A stretch of DNA of 64,000 bases, taken from positions 9,842 to 73,841 of the forward strand of contig JAKAUM010000007.1 of assembly GCA_021827685.1 (NCBI GenBank). Reading direction: 5' to 3'. Origin of the DNA: a bacterium (lineage in GTDB: Bacteria; Patescibacteriota; Minisyncoccia; UBA6257; 2-01-FULL-56-20). This document shows positions 18,083 to 26,035 of this stretch, in pieces (the first letter of the stretch is position 1; each line of letters opens with the position of its first letter). A program made the translations under genes and the position numbers. The notes beneath the pieces are model-generated. The model was not told where the DNA came from, did no database searches, and saw only the letters and a list, made by a program, of their open reading frames with translations.

Positions 18083-18931
18083 TCACCTGAGCAAGAATAC
18101 GCCGAACGCGGCGACGAGGGCCGCAGCGACCTTTTTCCAAAGGCGGTCACGCTCGTTAAGAAAAACGGCGCCAAGCATCACCGTAAGCACGATCACCGAT
18201 TGATTGATGGGAGCGAGCCGCGATATGGCGCCGCCTCGTTGGTATGCGAGATACAATAGTATCGCCGACGCTGAATACGTAACCGCAAGGAATATCATTT
18301 TCACGACGGTCGCCGGGCGAGCCAGGGGTTTTAATTCGAAGACAACCCGTGGACGAATAAGAAAGATAAAAATAGCGGGGAGGAGAAAAGCGGCGGTGGT
18401 ATATGAAAGCGCATCCGCGTATCGCAGAATGAAGGCATCGTTGGCAAATGCCGTGCCATAGCAGAACGCAGCGCCGAGCGCGTACAATCCCTCCCTGCCG
18501 AAGCGCAATGCATTTCTTCCGTAGACGACGATGACGACGCTTACGAAGATGAGAACGATTCCTACGATATTCAACGCGGTGAGCGATTCCCCGAAAAACA
18601 ACGTGGCAACCGCAATAGTCCAGAGGCCGCTCGATGACTTAAGCACCGTGACTTCCGAAACCTCCGCGCGCTGTAAGGCCTTAAGAAGCAATAGCGTTCC
18701 CGTGCCGTAAAGCACGCCGGTGAGGATAAAATTCGGGATGAGCCGCGGCATCGGCGGGAGAGAAAATCCATGCAAGCCCGCCGCAACCCCGACAAGCGCG
18801 CCGCAGGCCAATTGGAAAACGAGCGAATAGCTTATCGTACTGCTCTCTGCGTCTTCCATCAGGGCGCGCTGGAACAAGTTCGCAATGGCAAGCAGTACCA
18901 CGCTTATAATGGCGAGCGAATACCAGTTCAT
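18083..18931 (-). CDS. EamA/DMT-family transporter
   Basis: ~10 TM helices, two EamA-like halves; GC intermediate (~53%). Confidence 0.8.
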   Translation of the reverse strand: MNWYSLAIISVVLLAIANLFQRALMEDAESSTISYSLVFQLACGALVGVAAGLHGFSLPPMPRLIPNFILTGVLYGTGTLLLLKALQRAEVSEVTVLKSSSGLWTIAVATLFFGESLTALNIVGIVLIFVSVVIVVYGRNALRFGREGLYALGAAFCYGTAFANDAFILRYADALSYTTAAFLLPAIFIFLIRPRVVFELKPLARPATVVKMIFLAVTYSASAILLYLAYQRGGAISRLAPINQSVIVLTVMLGAVFLNERDRLWKKVAAALVAAFGVFLLR

Positions 18932-19141
18932 GGACTTATTTTAGCAAAGCGGCGATCTTTTAGGCCCTTGCGCTTTTATATAGCCCGGCGGGGGTGGCCG
19001 AACCGCGCAAATCCCCCGCCCCGCCCCGCCCCGCCTGTTCCGCCTTGTGCCGACGCCCGGGTTCGCTTACTATTTTGATGAAATCCGCGGCTCGTGGCGC
19101 GTGATCCCCCTGCGAGCGGTGGCGGCATCCATATTTAGAGA

Positions 19142-19228
19142 GGAGGCGTGCGTGAGCGGTTGAAACGGACGGTCTTGAAAACCGTTATGCCAGAAATGGC
19201 ATCGAAGGTTCGAATCCTTCCGCCTCCG
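19142..19228 (+). tRNA. tRNA-Ser (anticodon UGA), type II
   Basis: Manual fold: GGAGGCG/CGCCTCC acceptor, 3-bp D-stem CGT/ACG, anticodon loop CTTGAAA, long variable arm TATGCCAGAAATGGCATC, T-arm GAAGG-TTCGAAT-CCTTC. Confidence 0.75.
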
Positions 19229-19306
19229 CCCGTTAGGGCATCGGTTCGAGAGACCTTCCGGCCTCGAGTTTTGCTATCTTTTTGAAATGCAGTTCAGGCG
19301 ATGAAA

Positions 19307-19335
19307 GTCGGCAGGTGTCCAGGATTCGAACCTGC
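19307..19335 (-). other. tRNA 3'-half-like fragment (T-arm GCAGG-TTCGAAT-CCTG + acceptor-like), inverted relative to tRNA-Ser; possible att-site remnant
   Basis: Shares GGTTCGAATCCT with both tRNA-Ser genes; no matching 5' half could be folded. Confidence 0.3.
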
Positions 19336-19366
19336 TGAAGAATAATCCTGATCTATAATACAAATT

Positions 19367-20407
19367 ATGGACTTTGCACGTTTAGACAAACTACGCCCCG
19401 GCAACAAAATTGCCGTCCTTTCCCCTTCCTTCGCTGCGCCGGGGAAATGGCCCTGGGTATATGAGCTCGGCTTGAAGCGCTTGCGTGAGGTATTTGGACT
19501 TGAACCGGTGGAATTCCCCACCACTAAAAAGATCGGCGCTTCAAAAGAGGAACGATCAAAAGATTTGATTGATGCGTTCGAGAATAAAGAGGTTAAGGCG
19601 GTCATCGCGTCCCTCGGCGGCGACGATCAGATAACGTATATCAAAAATCTTCCCGTCGAGCCGTTCGTCAATAATCCCAAGCCATTTTTTGGGTTCAGCG
19701 ACAATACACACTTTGAGAATTTCCTCTGGCTGCATGGCATCCCCTCCTACTACGGCGGATCGCTCTTTACCGAGTTCGCGATGCAAAAACGCATGGATCC
19801 CTACACGGTGGAATATCTTAAGCACGCCCTGTTCGATAAAGACGAATTCGAACTGAAGCCAAGTGATATGTATAACGACATGGGACTCGACTGGAATGAT
19901 CCGGCAAATCTCGACAAAGAGCGCGTCTATGAAAAGAATGAGGGATGGCTCTGGGACGGCACGCAAAATGCCGAAGGCACTACATGGGGCGGGTGCGTAG
20001 AATCCATCGACGAGCTCCTGCGGCACGGGGTTCAAATCCCGTCGCTTCAGGATTTCGAAAATGTCGTGCTTTTTGCCGAAACCTCCGAAGAAATTCCCTC
20101 AGCCGATTACGTGCGCCGCGTCTATCGCGCCCTCGGCGAGCGAGGAATCTTGCAGCGCGTGAAAGCTGTGCTGACCGGCCGCCCGAAAGCGTGGGAATTT
20201 AGTAACGAACGCAACGCGGAAGAGAAACACGCCCACCGGGAAGCGCAAAGAGCGGCAATCACCAAAACCGTAAGGCAGTACAATTCTTCTATCCCGATCA
20301 TCCACAATCTCGACATCGGACACACCGCACCGCAGATTCCTTTGCCGAATGGAAGACGAATCCGAATCGACGCGAAAGAAAAGAAAATATTCGTCGATTT
20401 CTCATGA
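19367..20407 (+). CDS. S66-family LD-carboxypeptidase (MccF/LdcA-like)
   Basis: GFSDNT (catalytic-Ser block), LFAETSEE (Glu block), IGHTAPQIPLPNG (His block); perfect TATAAT 7 nt upstream of the ATG. Confidence 0.8.
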   Translation: MDFARLDKLRPGNKIAVLSPSFAAPGKWPWVYELGLKRLREVFGLEPVEFPTTKKIGASKEERSKDLIDAFENKEVKAVIASLGGDDQITYIKNLPVEPFVNNPKPFFGFSDNTHFENFLWLHGIPSYYGGSLFTEFAMQKRMDPYTVEYLKHALFDKDEFELKPSDMYNDMGLDWNDPANLDKERVYEKNEGWLWDGTQNAEGTTWGGCVESIDELLRHGVQIPSLQDFENVVLFAETSEEIPSADYVRRVYRALGERGILQRVKAVLTGRPKAWEFSNERNAEEKHAHREAQRAAITKTVRQYNSSIPIIHNLDIGHTAPQIPLPNGRRIRIDAKEKKIFVDFS

Positions 20408-21525
20408 GGCATCGTGCGGCGGTATTTGTGCTCGATAACGGCAAAGTTCTCCTCTTCCATCGCTTCAAGAATGGGGATGAATATTATGCCGTTCCGGGCG
20501 GCGGTGTTGAGGCCAACGAAACTCCGGAAGAGGCCGCAATAAGAGAGCTAAAAGAAGAAACCAATTTGGATGTACTGCTCGGAGAAAAAATCGGAGAGCT
20601 CGAAGAAGATAGCAACCGACAATACTTCTATATTGCGAAGTCTTGGGCCGGCACACCGACACTCGGCGGCCCGGAAGCGGAACGCAATTCACCAAACAAC
20701 CAGTATATCCTCGAATGGATACCGATCAAGAAACTGGAAGGTATAAATTTGAGAACTGATATAGCGGCCATTCTTCTGAAACACGCAAACACGACCCAAT
20801 CCGACATCTTCTCCCGCATCAAAGCGCTCAACCTCCCCTTCGGCGAATATGTCGTCGTTTCAAGCGGCACCCTTGAGGCGCTGGGCATCCGTCCGGCGCG
20901 CGATCTGGATATCGCCGCAACGTCAAAGCTTTTCGAGAAACTCCGCGCGGAAGGCGGATGGACCGAAGAAGAGCGGTACGGGAAGATCTTCCTCAGCAAG
21001 CCCGGCATCGATATCATCCGCCAGCTTTCATGGGATACTTACCCCACCACTACCGAAGAAGCCATTAGATCGGCGCTCGTCATCGAAGGCATCCCATTTA
21101 TGAATCTTGATGAGTTGAAGCGATTCAAACGAGCGCTTGGCCGCGAAAAGGATTTTACAGATATCAAACTTATCGAAAAATATGAAGAAAATGCCGCACT
21201 GCGGTTCCTCCATAAAACCGTAACCGCAACTATCGATCGCCCGCTCGGGAGCGAGCATCCAAAGTGGAATTTTGAATATCCAATCAACTACGGATCTATC
21301 CAAAATACGAAAAGCAGCGATGGCGAGGAGGTTGATGCCTATGTGTTGGGCATAAATGAGCCGCTCAAGGAATTCACGGGAAAATGTATCGCGATCATCC
21401 ATCGCCTGGATGATGATGACGACAAGCTGGTGCTCGCGCCCGAAGGCATGGATTTTAGCGACGACGACATCCGGACAACCACCCATTTCCAAGAGCAATA
21501 CTTTACATCGGTGATTGTGAGATAA
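20404..21525 (+). CDS. Three-domain fusion: Nudix hydrolase + polβ-type nucleotidyltransferase + family-I inorganic pyrophosphatase-like domain
   Basis: Nudix box (GGVEANETPEEAAIRELKEETNL); middle VVVSSGTLEALGIRPARDLDIA (GS...DxD NTase signature); C-terminal YPINYGSIQNT...DGEEVDAYVLG...DDDDDKLVLAPEG resembles soluble PPase; 4-nt overlap with upstream gene. Confidence 0.65.
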   Translation: MRHRAAVFVLDNGKVLLFHRFKNGDEYYAVPGGGVEANETPEEAAIRELKEETNLDVLLGEKIGELEEDSNRQYFYIAKSWAGTPTLGGPEAERNSPNNQYILEWIPIKKLEGINLRTDIAAILLKHANTTQSDIFSRIKALNLPFGEYVVVSSGTLEALGIRPARDLDIAATSKLFEKLRAEGGWTEEERYGKIFLSKPGIDIIRQLSWDTYPTTTEEAIRSALVIEGIPFMNLDELKRFKRALGREKDFTDIKLIEKYEENAALRFLHKTVTATIDRPLGSEHPKWNFEYPINYGSIQNTKSSDGEEVDAYVLGINEPLKEFTGKCIAIIHRLDDDDDKLVLAPEGMDFSDDDIRTTTHFQEQYFTSVIVR

Positions 21526-21532
21526 TAAGAAT

Positions 21533-22165
21533 ATGAAGCTTCTCCTCACTTCCTGCGGATGGGAATACAATCCGAAGATCGCGAAAGAATTCCTGCGCCT
21601 GATCAGTAAGAAACCCGCTCAAATAAAAATCTTTCTGGTCACTACCGCGGACAAGAAAAACAAAGATTGGAAATGGGTGAAGCGGCAAGTGAGGATGATC
21701 GCGAGAATCGGCATCGCCGAGAAGAATATCGAGATTTTCAGTTTGGATAGAAAAATAAGGAAAGATGAACTTGCATACATCGACGCCGTCTATGTATGCG
21801 GAGGTAACACGTTCCTCTATCTGCACGGCATCAGAAAGACAGGATTGGATAAGGTGATAGCCAAATTCACCAAAAAGGGCGGGCTGTATTATGGCATAAG
21901 CGCGGGCAGCATTCTTGCAGGACCAGACATCGCGTTCATCACTCCCCTGGATGACCCGAGCGTAGTCCGAGCGCTTCCAACGGTGAAGGTGATACACACA
22001 AAAGGACTTTGCCTGACCAATGTAGGCGTCGCCCCACACTATAACAACAAGGAGTACGTAGGCGTCATTAACGAATCCCGCGCGAAATCAAAATTTCCCA
22101 TCGTGCCGCTTACCGATACGCAGGCGCTCGCGATCGTCGGGCGGAAAAAGAAAATCATTGAATAA
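21533..22165 (+). CDS. Peptidase E / S51 family (alpha-aspartyl dipeptidase or cyanophycinase-like)
   Basis: VCGGNTFLYL and GISAGSIL (Ser nucleophile) motifs. Confidence 0.75.
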   Translation: MKLLLTSCGWEYNPKIAKEFLRLISKKPAQIKIFLVTTADKKNKDWKWVKRQVRMIARIGIAEKNIEIFSLDRKIRKDELAYIDAVYVCGGNTFLYLHGIRKTGLDKVIAKFTKKGGLYYGISAGSILAGPDIAFITPLDDPSVVRALPTVKVIHTKGLCLTNVGVAPHYNNKEYVGVINESRAKSKFPIVPLTDTQALAIVGRKKKIIE

Positions 22166-22168
22166 CCT

Positions 22169-22666
22169 ATGATCATCTTTCTCAACGGCTCCATTAATTC
22201 CGGCAAGAGTACCGCGGCAAAACTCCTTGCCGAGAAGATCTCAAACTCGGCAATCGTGGAGATCGATGCTCTGCGCGACATGATTGCGTGGATGCAGATC
22301 GATCAGGCGGTTCCCATAAATCTTGAAAATGCCGTAGCGGTCATCCGCATTTTCACAAAGCACGGCATCTCCTGCATCGTCCCTTATCCTCTCTCCGAAA
22401 AGAACCACGCCTATATGACCGATGCGCTTGCGGGCATCGGGACGCCGATCCATTATTTTACTCTCGCGCCATCCATTGAGACGGCACTCTCCGACCGGGG
22501 TGGCAGGAAACTCGACGGTGTGGAACGGGATCGGATCAAGCGTCACTATGCAATCGGCATCCATACACCATCGTTCGGCACGACCATCGACAATTCAAAG
22601 CGCACACCACAAGAGACAGTGGAAATAATTTTGGCTAGTATCGATCTTGAGCGTCATAACATTTAA
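22169..22666 (+). CDS. Small P-loop NTPase, predicted small-molecule/nucleoside kinase (AAA_33/CPT-like)
   Basis: Walker A GSINSGKST at the N-terminus; 165 aa. Confidence 0.6.
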   Translation: MIIFLNGSINSGKSTAAKLLAEKISNSAIVEIDALRDMIAWMQIDQAVPINLENAVAVIRIFTKHGISCIVPYPLSEKNHAYMTDALAGIGTPIHYFTLAPSIETALSDRGGRKLDGVERDRIKRHYAIGIHTPSFGTTIDNSKRTPQETVEIILASIDLERHNI

Positions 22667-22671
22667 AATGT

Positions 22672-23298
22672 ATGAAAACGATGTGTATCCTCTATGTCGT
22701 CAGGCATGGCGAAACCGATGCGAACGCGAAAGGCCTCATTCAGGGCCAATCAGATTTTTCTCTTACAAGCATCGGGGAGAGCCAAGCGACCAATCTCGCA
22801 AAGAAATTTAAACATATCCATTTCGCCGCCGTATTCTCATCGGACCTAATACGTGCACGGAGGACCGCCGAGATAATTACACTTGAAAAGAAGCTCGCCG
22901 TTAATACCAGTCATCTTCTTCGTGAACGCAATTTCGGAAAGTACGAGGGGAAGCCGCAAACGCTATTTCGAGAAGAGAATGAGGAATTTCTGAGACAACT
23001 TACGGCATTGCCCTATGAGGAGGGGAAAAAATTGAAAGCCGCGGAAGATATCGAAAACGATGACGAATTAACGGCTCGGTTCATCACATTCTTGCGCGAG
23101 ATTGCCGTAACGTATCAGGGAAAGACCGTTTTGGTTGTTACGCACGCTGGTGTGATGCGTGCGTTTTTGAGACATATGAATCACGATTCGTCGAGCGGCT
23201 TTATCGAAAACGCGGGATACTTCAGGCTCCGTTCGGACGGAATCAACTTTTTCGTCGATGAGACGTCTGGCATAGGCGAGTCTCCTCGATCGCGCTGA
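22672..23298 (+). CDS. Histidine phosphatase superfamily protein (phosphoglycerate-mutase-like)
   Basis: VVRHGETDANAKG (RHGE motif); SSDLIRARRTAE. Confidence 0.8.
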   Translation: MKTMCILYVVRHGETDANAKGLIQGQSDFSLTSIGESQATNLAKKFKHIHFAAVFSSDLIRARRTAEIITLEKKLAVNTSHLLRERNFGKYEGKPQTLFREENEEFLRQLTALPYEEGKKLKAAEDIENDDELTARFITFLREIAVTYQGKTVLVVTHAGVMRAFLRHMNHDSSSGFIENAGYFRLRSDGINFFVDETSGIGESPRSR

Positions 23299-23503
23299 TC
23301 GTCCCGATACAATTTGTTTTAGGCACACACATATGGCGGACTAGGTTTTGAATTCGGCAAGGGCTTCGTTTGGCGTCTTGCCGCCCAATCCGCATGTGTA
23401 GGAATCAAGATGAAGAGAAATACTGGCGCGAAACGAGCTGCGATCAACAATGGAGAAACCTATCGAGAAACCGAGATACCTCAAATTTCGCCCGTAAGCT
23501 ATA

Positions 23504-23893
23504 ATGACCGCAACAAAAATCGTCATAACTCATGCAAGCGCGCTGCCTTGGAAAGGCGAATTTTATGCGGCGGTTCGAGCATCTCGGCTGTACGAAAATA
23601 ATGATGTTTTCTTGCCGCAAGAGAAAAACAAACCGGAGCAGATTACCAAAGAGCGAATCGAACATTGCGACCTCATGATTGCTGAAGTTTCTTGCCCCTC
23701 AACGGGGCAAGAAATAGAACTTGGATGGGCGGATGCCTATCATCGCCCGATTATTTGCGTTCATCAGGAAAAAAACGCTGTTTCGAACTCGCTACGATTT
23801 ACCACGAGCGAATTCATCAGCTATAAGGATTCCGAAAACCTGATTGCACAGCTTGAGCGGCTGATCCTAGAGAAATATCAACCCGCGGCATAG
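23504..23893 (+). CDS. Nucleoside 2-deoxyribosyltransferase-like (NDT/YtoQ fold) protein
   Basis: CDLMIAEVSCPSTGQEIELGWADAYHRPII, the NDT-like ExG + conserved acidic pattern. Confidence 0.55.
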   Translation: MTATKIVITHASALPWKGEFYAAVRASRLYENNDVFLPQEKNKPEQITKERIEHCDLMIAEVSCPSTGQEIELGWADAYHRPIICVHQEKNAVSNSLRFTTSEFISYKDSENLIAQLERLILEKYQPAA

Positions 23894-23966
23894 TTTCCGC
23901 ATAATGTTCTTCTTATAGAAGCGCTTGCGGCCGAACCCGCGCGCGCAAACATGGTAGAATGAGATT

Positions 23967-25049
23967 ATGGATGACAAGCGCGTGATCCGGATTGTCGAGA
24001 AGGTTATGCCCTCGGTAGTCTCGATCGTCATTTCGAAACATCTGGAAGACCTGGAAAAAGAGCTTCCGAAGGAAATGTTCCCCTTCATCCCGGAGGGGGC
24101 GGGCGGGCGGCGCCCCGGGATCGGCAAGGGAGCCGGCGCCGGAACGCTCAAAATCCCGAGCGATATGGTGGATAAAAACGGCATGGTCCAAGTAGGCGGC
24201 GGATCAGGCACGGTGGTCGCGCCGGACGGCCTCATCCTCACGAACAAGCACGTGGTCGCCGACCGGCGTGCGGCATATACGGTGATTCTCGATGGGGACC
24301 GGCGGTTCCCGGCGGAGATCCTGAGCCGCGATCCCATCAACGATGTCGCTATCCTTAAAATCGGCGCAGGCGGGCTTCCCTTCTTAAAACTCGGCGATGC
24401 GGCGAAGCTGAAGCTCGGCCAGTCGGTCATCGCAATCGGGAACGCCCTCGGCATTTTCCGGAACACGGTCTCTCTCGGCATTGTTTCCGGCCTGTCCCGC
24501 TCCGTGACGGCGCAGGCGGAGCCGGACGCCGCGCCGCAGGAGATGCGCGGACTCATCCAGACCGATGCCGCAATCAATCCCGGCAACTCGGGCGGCCCGC
24601 TCGTGGACAAAAACTGCCTCGTCGTCGGCGTCAACACCGCAGTCGTTTCCGGCGCGCAGAGCATCGGCTTTGCGATCCCCGTGAACGCCGCCCGGCGCGA
24701 CCTCGAGGACATCGCGCGCTACGGACGCATCCGGCGCCCCCTTCTCGGCCTCCGCTATCTTATGATCGACGACGACCTTAGGGCGAAGCTCGACCTCCCG
24801 GTGGACTACGGCGCGCTCGCCATCCGCGAAAGCAACCATGACGGAGCGGTGGTGCCGGAGAGCCCCGCCGCGAAAGCCGGCCTCCGCGAAAAAGACATCG
24901 TGCTCTCGCTGAACGGGGCGCGCCTCGATCGCGACCATCCTATCCAGGATTTTCTGGAAAATTTGAACGTCGGCGACGAAATCGCGCTCACCGTCCTCCG
25001 CGGCGCGAAACGGTTCGAGGCGAAACTGACGCTTGCAGAAAGGAAATAA
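23967..25049 (+). CDS. htrA: HtrA/DegP-family serine protease with PDZ domain
   Basis: TNKHVV (His), D, GNSGGPL (Ser) triad; C-terminal PDZ; TAGAAT -10 just upstream of the ATG. Confidence 0.85.
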   Translation: MDDKRVIRIVEKVMPSVVSIVISKHLEDLEKELPKEMFPFIPEGAGGRRPGIGKGAGAGTLKIPSDMVDKNGMVQVGGGSGTVVAPDGLILTNKHVVADRRAAYTVILDGDRRFPAEILSRDPINDVAILKIGAGGLPFLKLGDAAKLKLGQSVIAIGNALGIFRNTVSLGIVSGLSRSVTAQAEPDAAPQEMRGLIQTDAAINPGNSGGPLVDKNCLVVGVNTAVVSGAQSIGFAIPVNAARRDLEDIARYGRIRRPLLGLRYLMIDDDLRAKLDLPVDYGALAIRESNHDGAVVPESPAAKAGLREKDIVLSLNGARLDRDHPIQDFLENLNVGDEIALTVLRGAKRFEAKLTLAERK

Positions 25050-25071
25050 GCCCTCGCGGCGCAACGCGCCT

Positions 25072-26022
25072 TCAGTATGAATAGTAATCTACGAGAAGCC
25101 CCTGCCGGTCGAGGAGTTCCACGCGGTCGTGATACTGGTCAAGCGGGCTCGATCCCATCCAAACGTCAACCTCGTTCGAGAGGAAATTCGGGTCGCGGTA
25201 ATAGGTGTTAAAACACCAGCGATAATCGAACTTCCCGGTGAGGTACTGGCGGCACGCGTAATCGTACGGGGGAATTTCCGGACTCGAGAGATCCGGCGCG
25301 CGGCAGCCGTTCAGCGAGAGGATATAATCCTGGCATGCGCCGGTAAACGCCTGGAGACCCGCAAGGCCGATGCTGGGACAGTTCTGCGGCAAGGGCGGAT
25401 CGAACTGGTTCCGGTTCGGGAGATAGCCGAGGCATTCGTTAAGACGGAGGTTCAGCGGCGCGGAGGTGGAATAGATATGGAGCGTATCCCCGTTCTTGAG
25501 GAATATGTCCGACTGGGGATTGATGCCGAGCGGGTCGTAGATCTCGACGGCCTGCGGGAGATACTCGCCGCCGCGGTTCGTTTTTATTTCCCATCCTGTC
25601 ACGTCGATCGTCGTGGACGGCTTCGAATAATGGGTGTCGAGCGTAATCTCGCCGTATCCGGTGGAGCCGAAAACTTGGGCGGGGGCGGGACTCACCGAGC
25701 CGAAGCGTATTTCGCGGAAGTACGGCGAGAGATCGGCCGCCGTGAAGCCGGGCGGGATATCGGAAAGGGACGGGGAAGAAGATGAGGGCGGTGCGGAAAG
25801 AGAATATCCGCCGCCCGCGCCGCTGCTTCCGGCGCCGCCGGATCCGGCCCCGCCGCTCCCGTTCCCTCCGCCGGAAGGACTCCCGTTCGCCGCCTGATAG
25901 CTCGGCACGGTTGATTTAAGGAAGGTGATCCCTTTCGTAAGGTATCCGGAATTATAGATGAAAAGGAAAACGCCGCCGAAGACGACGATGAGGAAGACGA
26001 AGCCGATCATTTTGGATGCCAT
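25072..26022 (-). CDS. Membrane-anchored secreted protein, Gly/Ser-rich linker, Cys-rich C-terminal domain (hypothetical)
   Basis: N-terminal TM helix; GS-rich low-complexity stretch; 8 Cys in the C-terminal half. Confidence 0.5.
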   Translation of the reverse strand: MASKMIGFVFLIVVFGGVFLFIYNSGYLTKGITFLKSTVPSYQAANGSPSGGGNGSGGAGSGGAGSSGAGGGYSLSAPPSSSSPSLSDIPPGFTAADLSPYFREIRFGSVSPAPAQVFGSTGYGEITLDTHYSKPSTTIDVTGWEIKTNRGGEYLPQAVEIYDPLGINPQSDIFLKNGDTLHIYSTSAPLNLRLNECLGYLPNRNQFDPPLPQNCPSIGLAGLQAFTGACQDYILSLNGCRAPDLSSPEIPPYDYACRQYLTGKFDYRWCFNTYYRDPNFLSNEVDVWMGSSPLDQYHDRVELLDRQGLLVDYYSY

Positions 26023-26035
26023 TGCCGGTGCGCCG

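Noticed and set aside
19290-19375. Complete minus-strand tRNA at the tRNA-like T-arm
   Set aside because: Only the T-arm and acceptor 3' strand fold. No complementary 5' acceptor strand or D/anticodon arms are found, and the 5' side would run into the S66 gene start.
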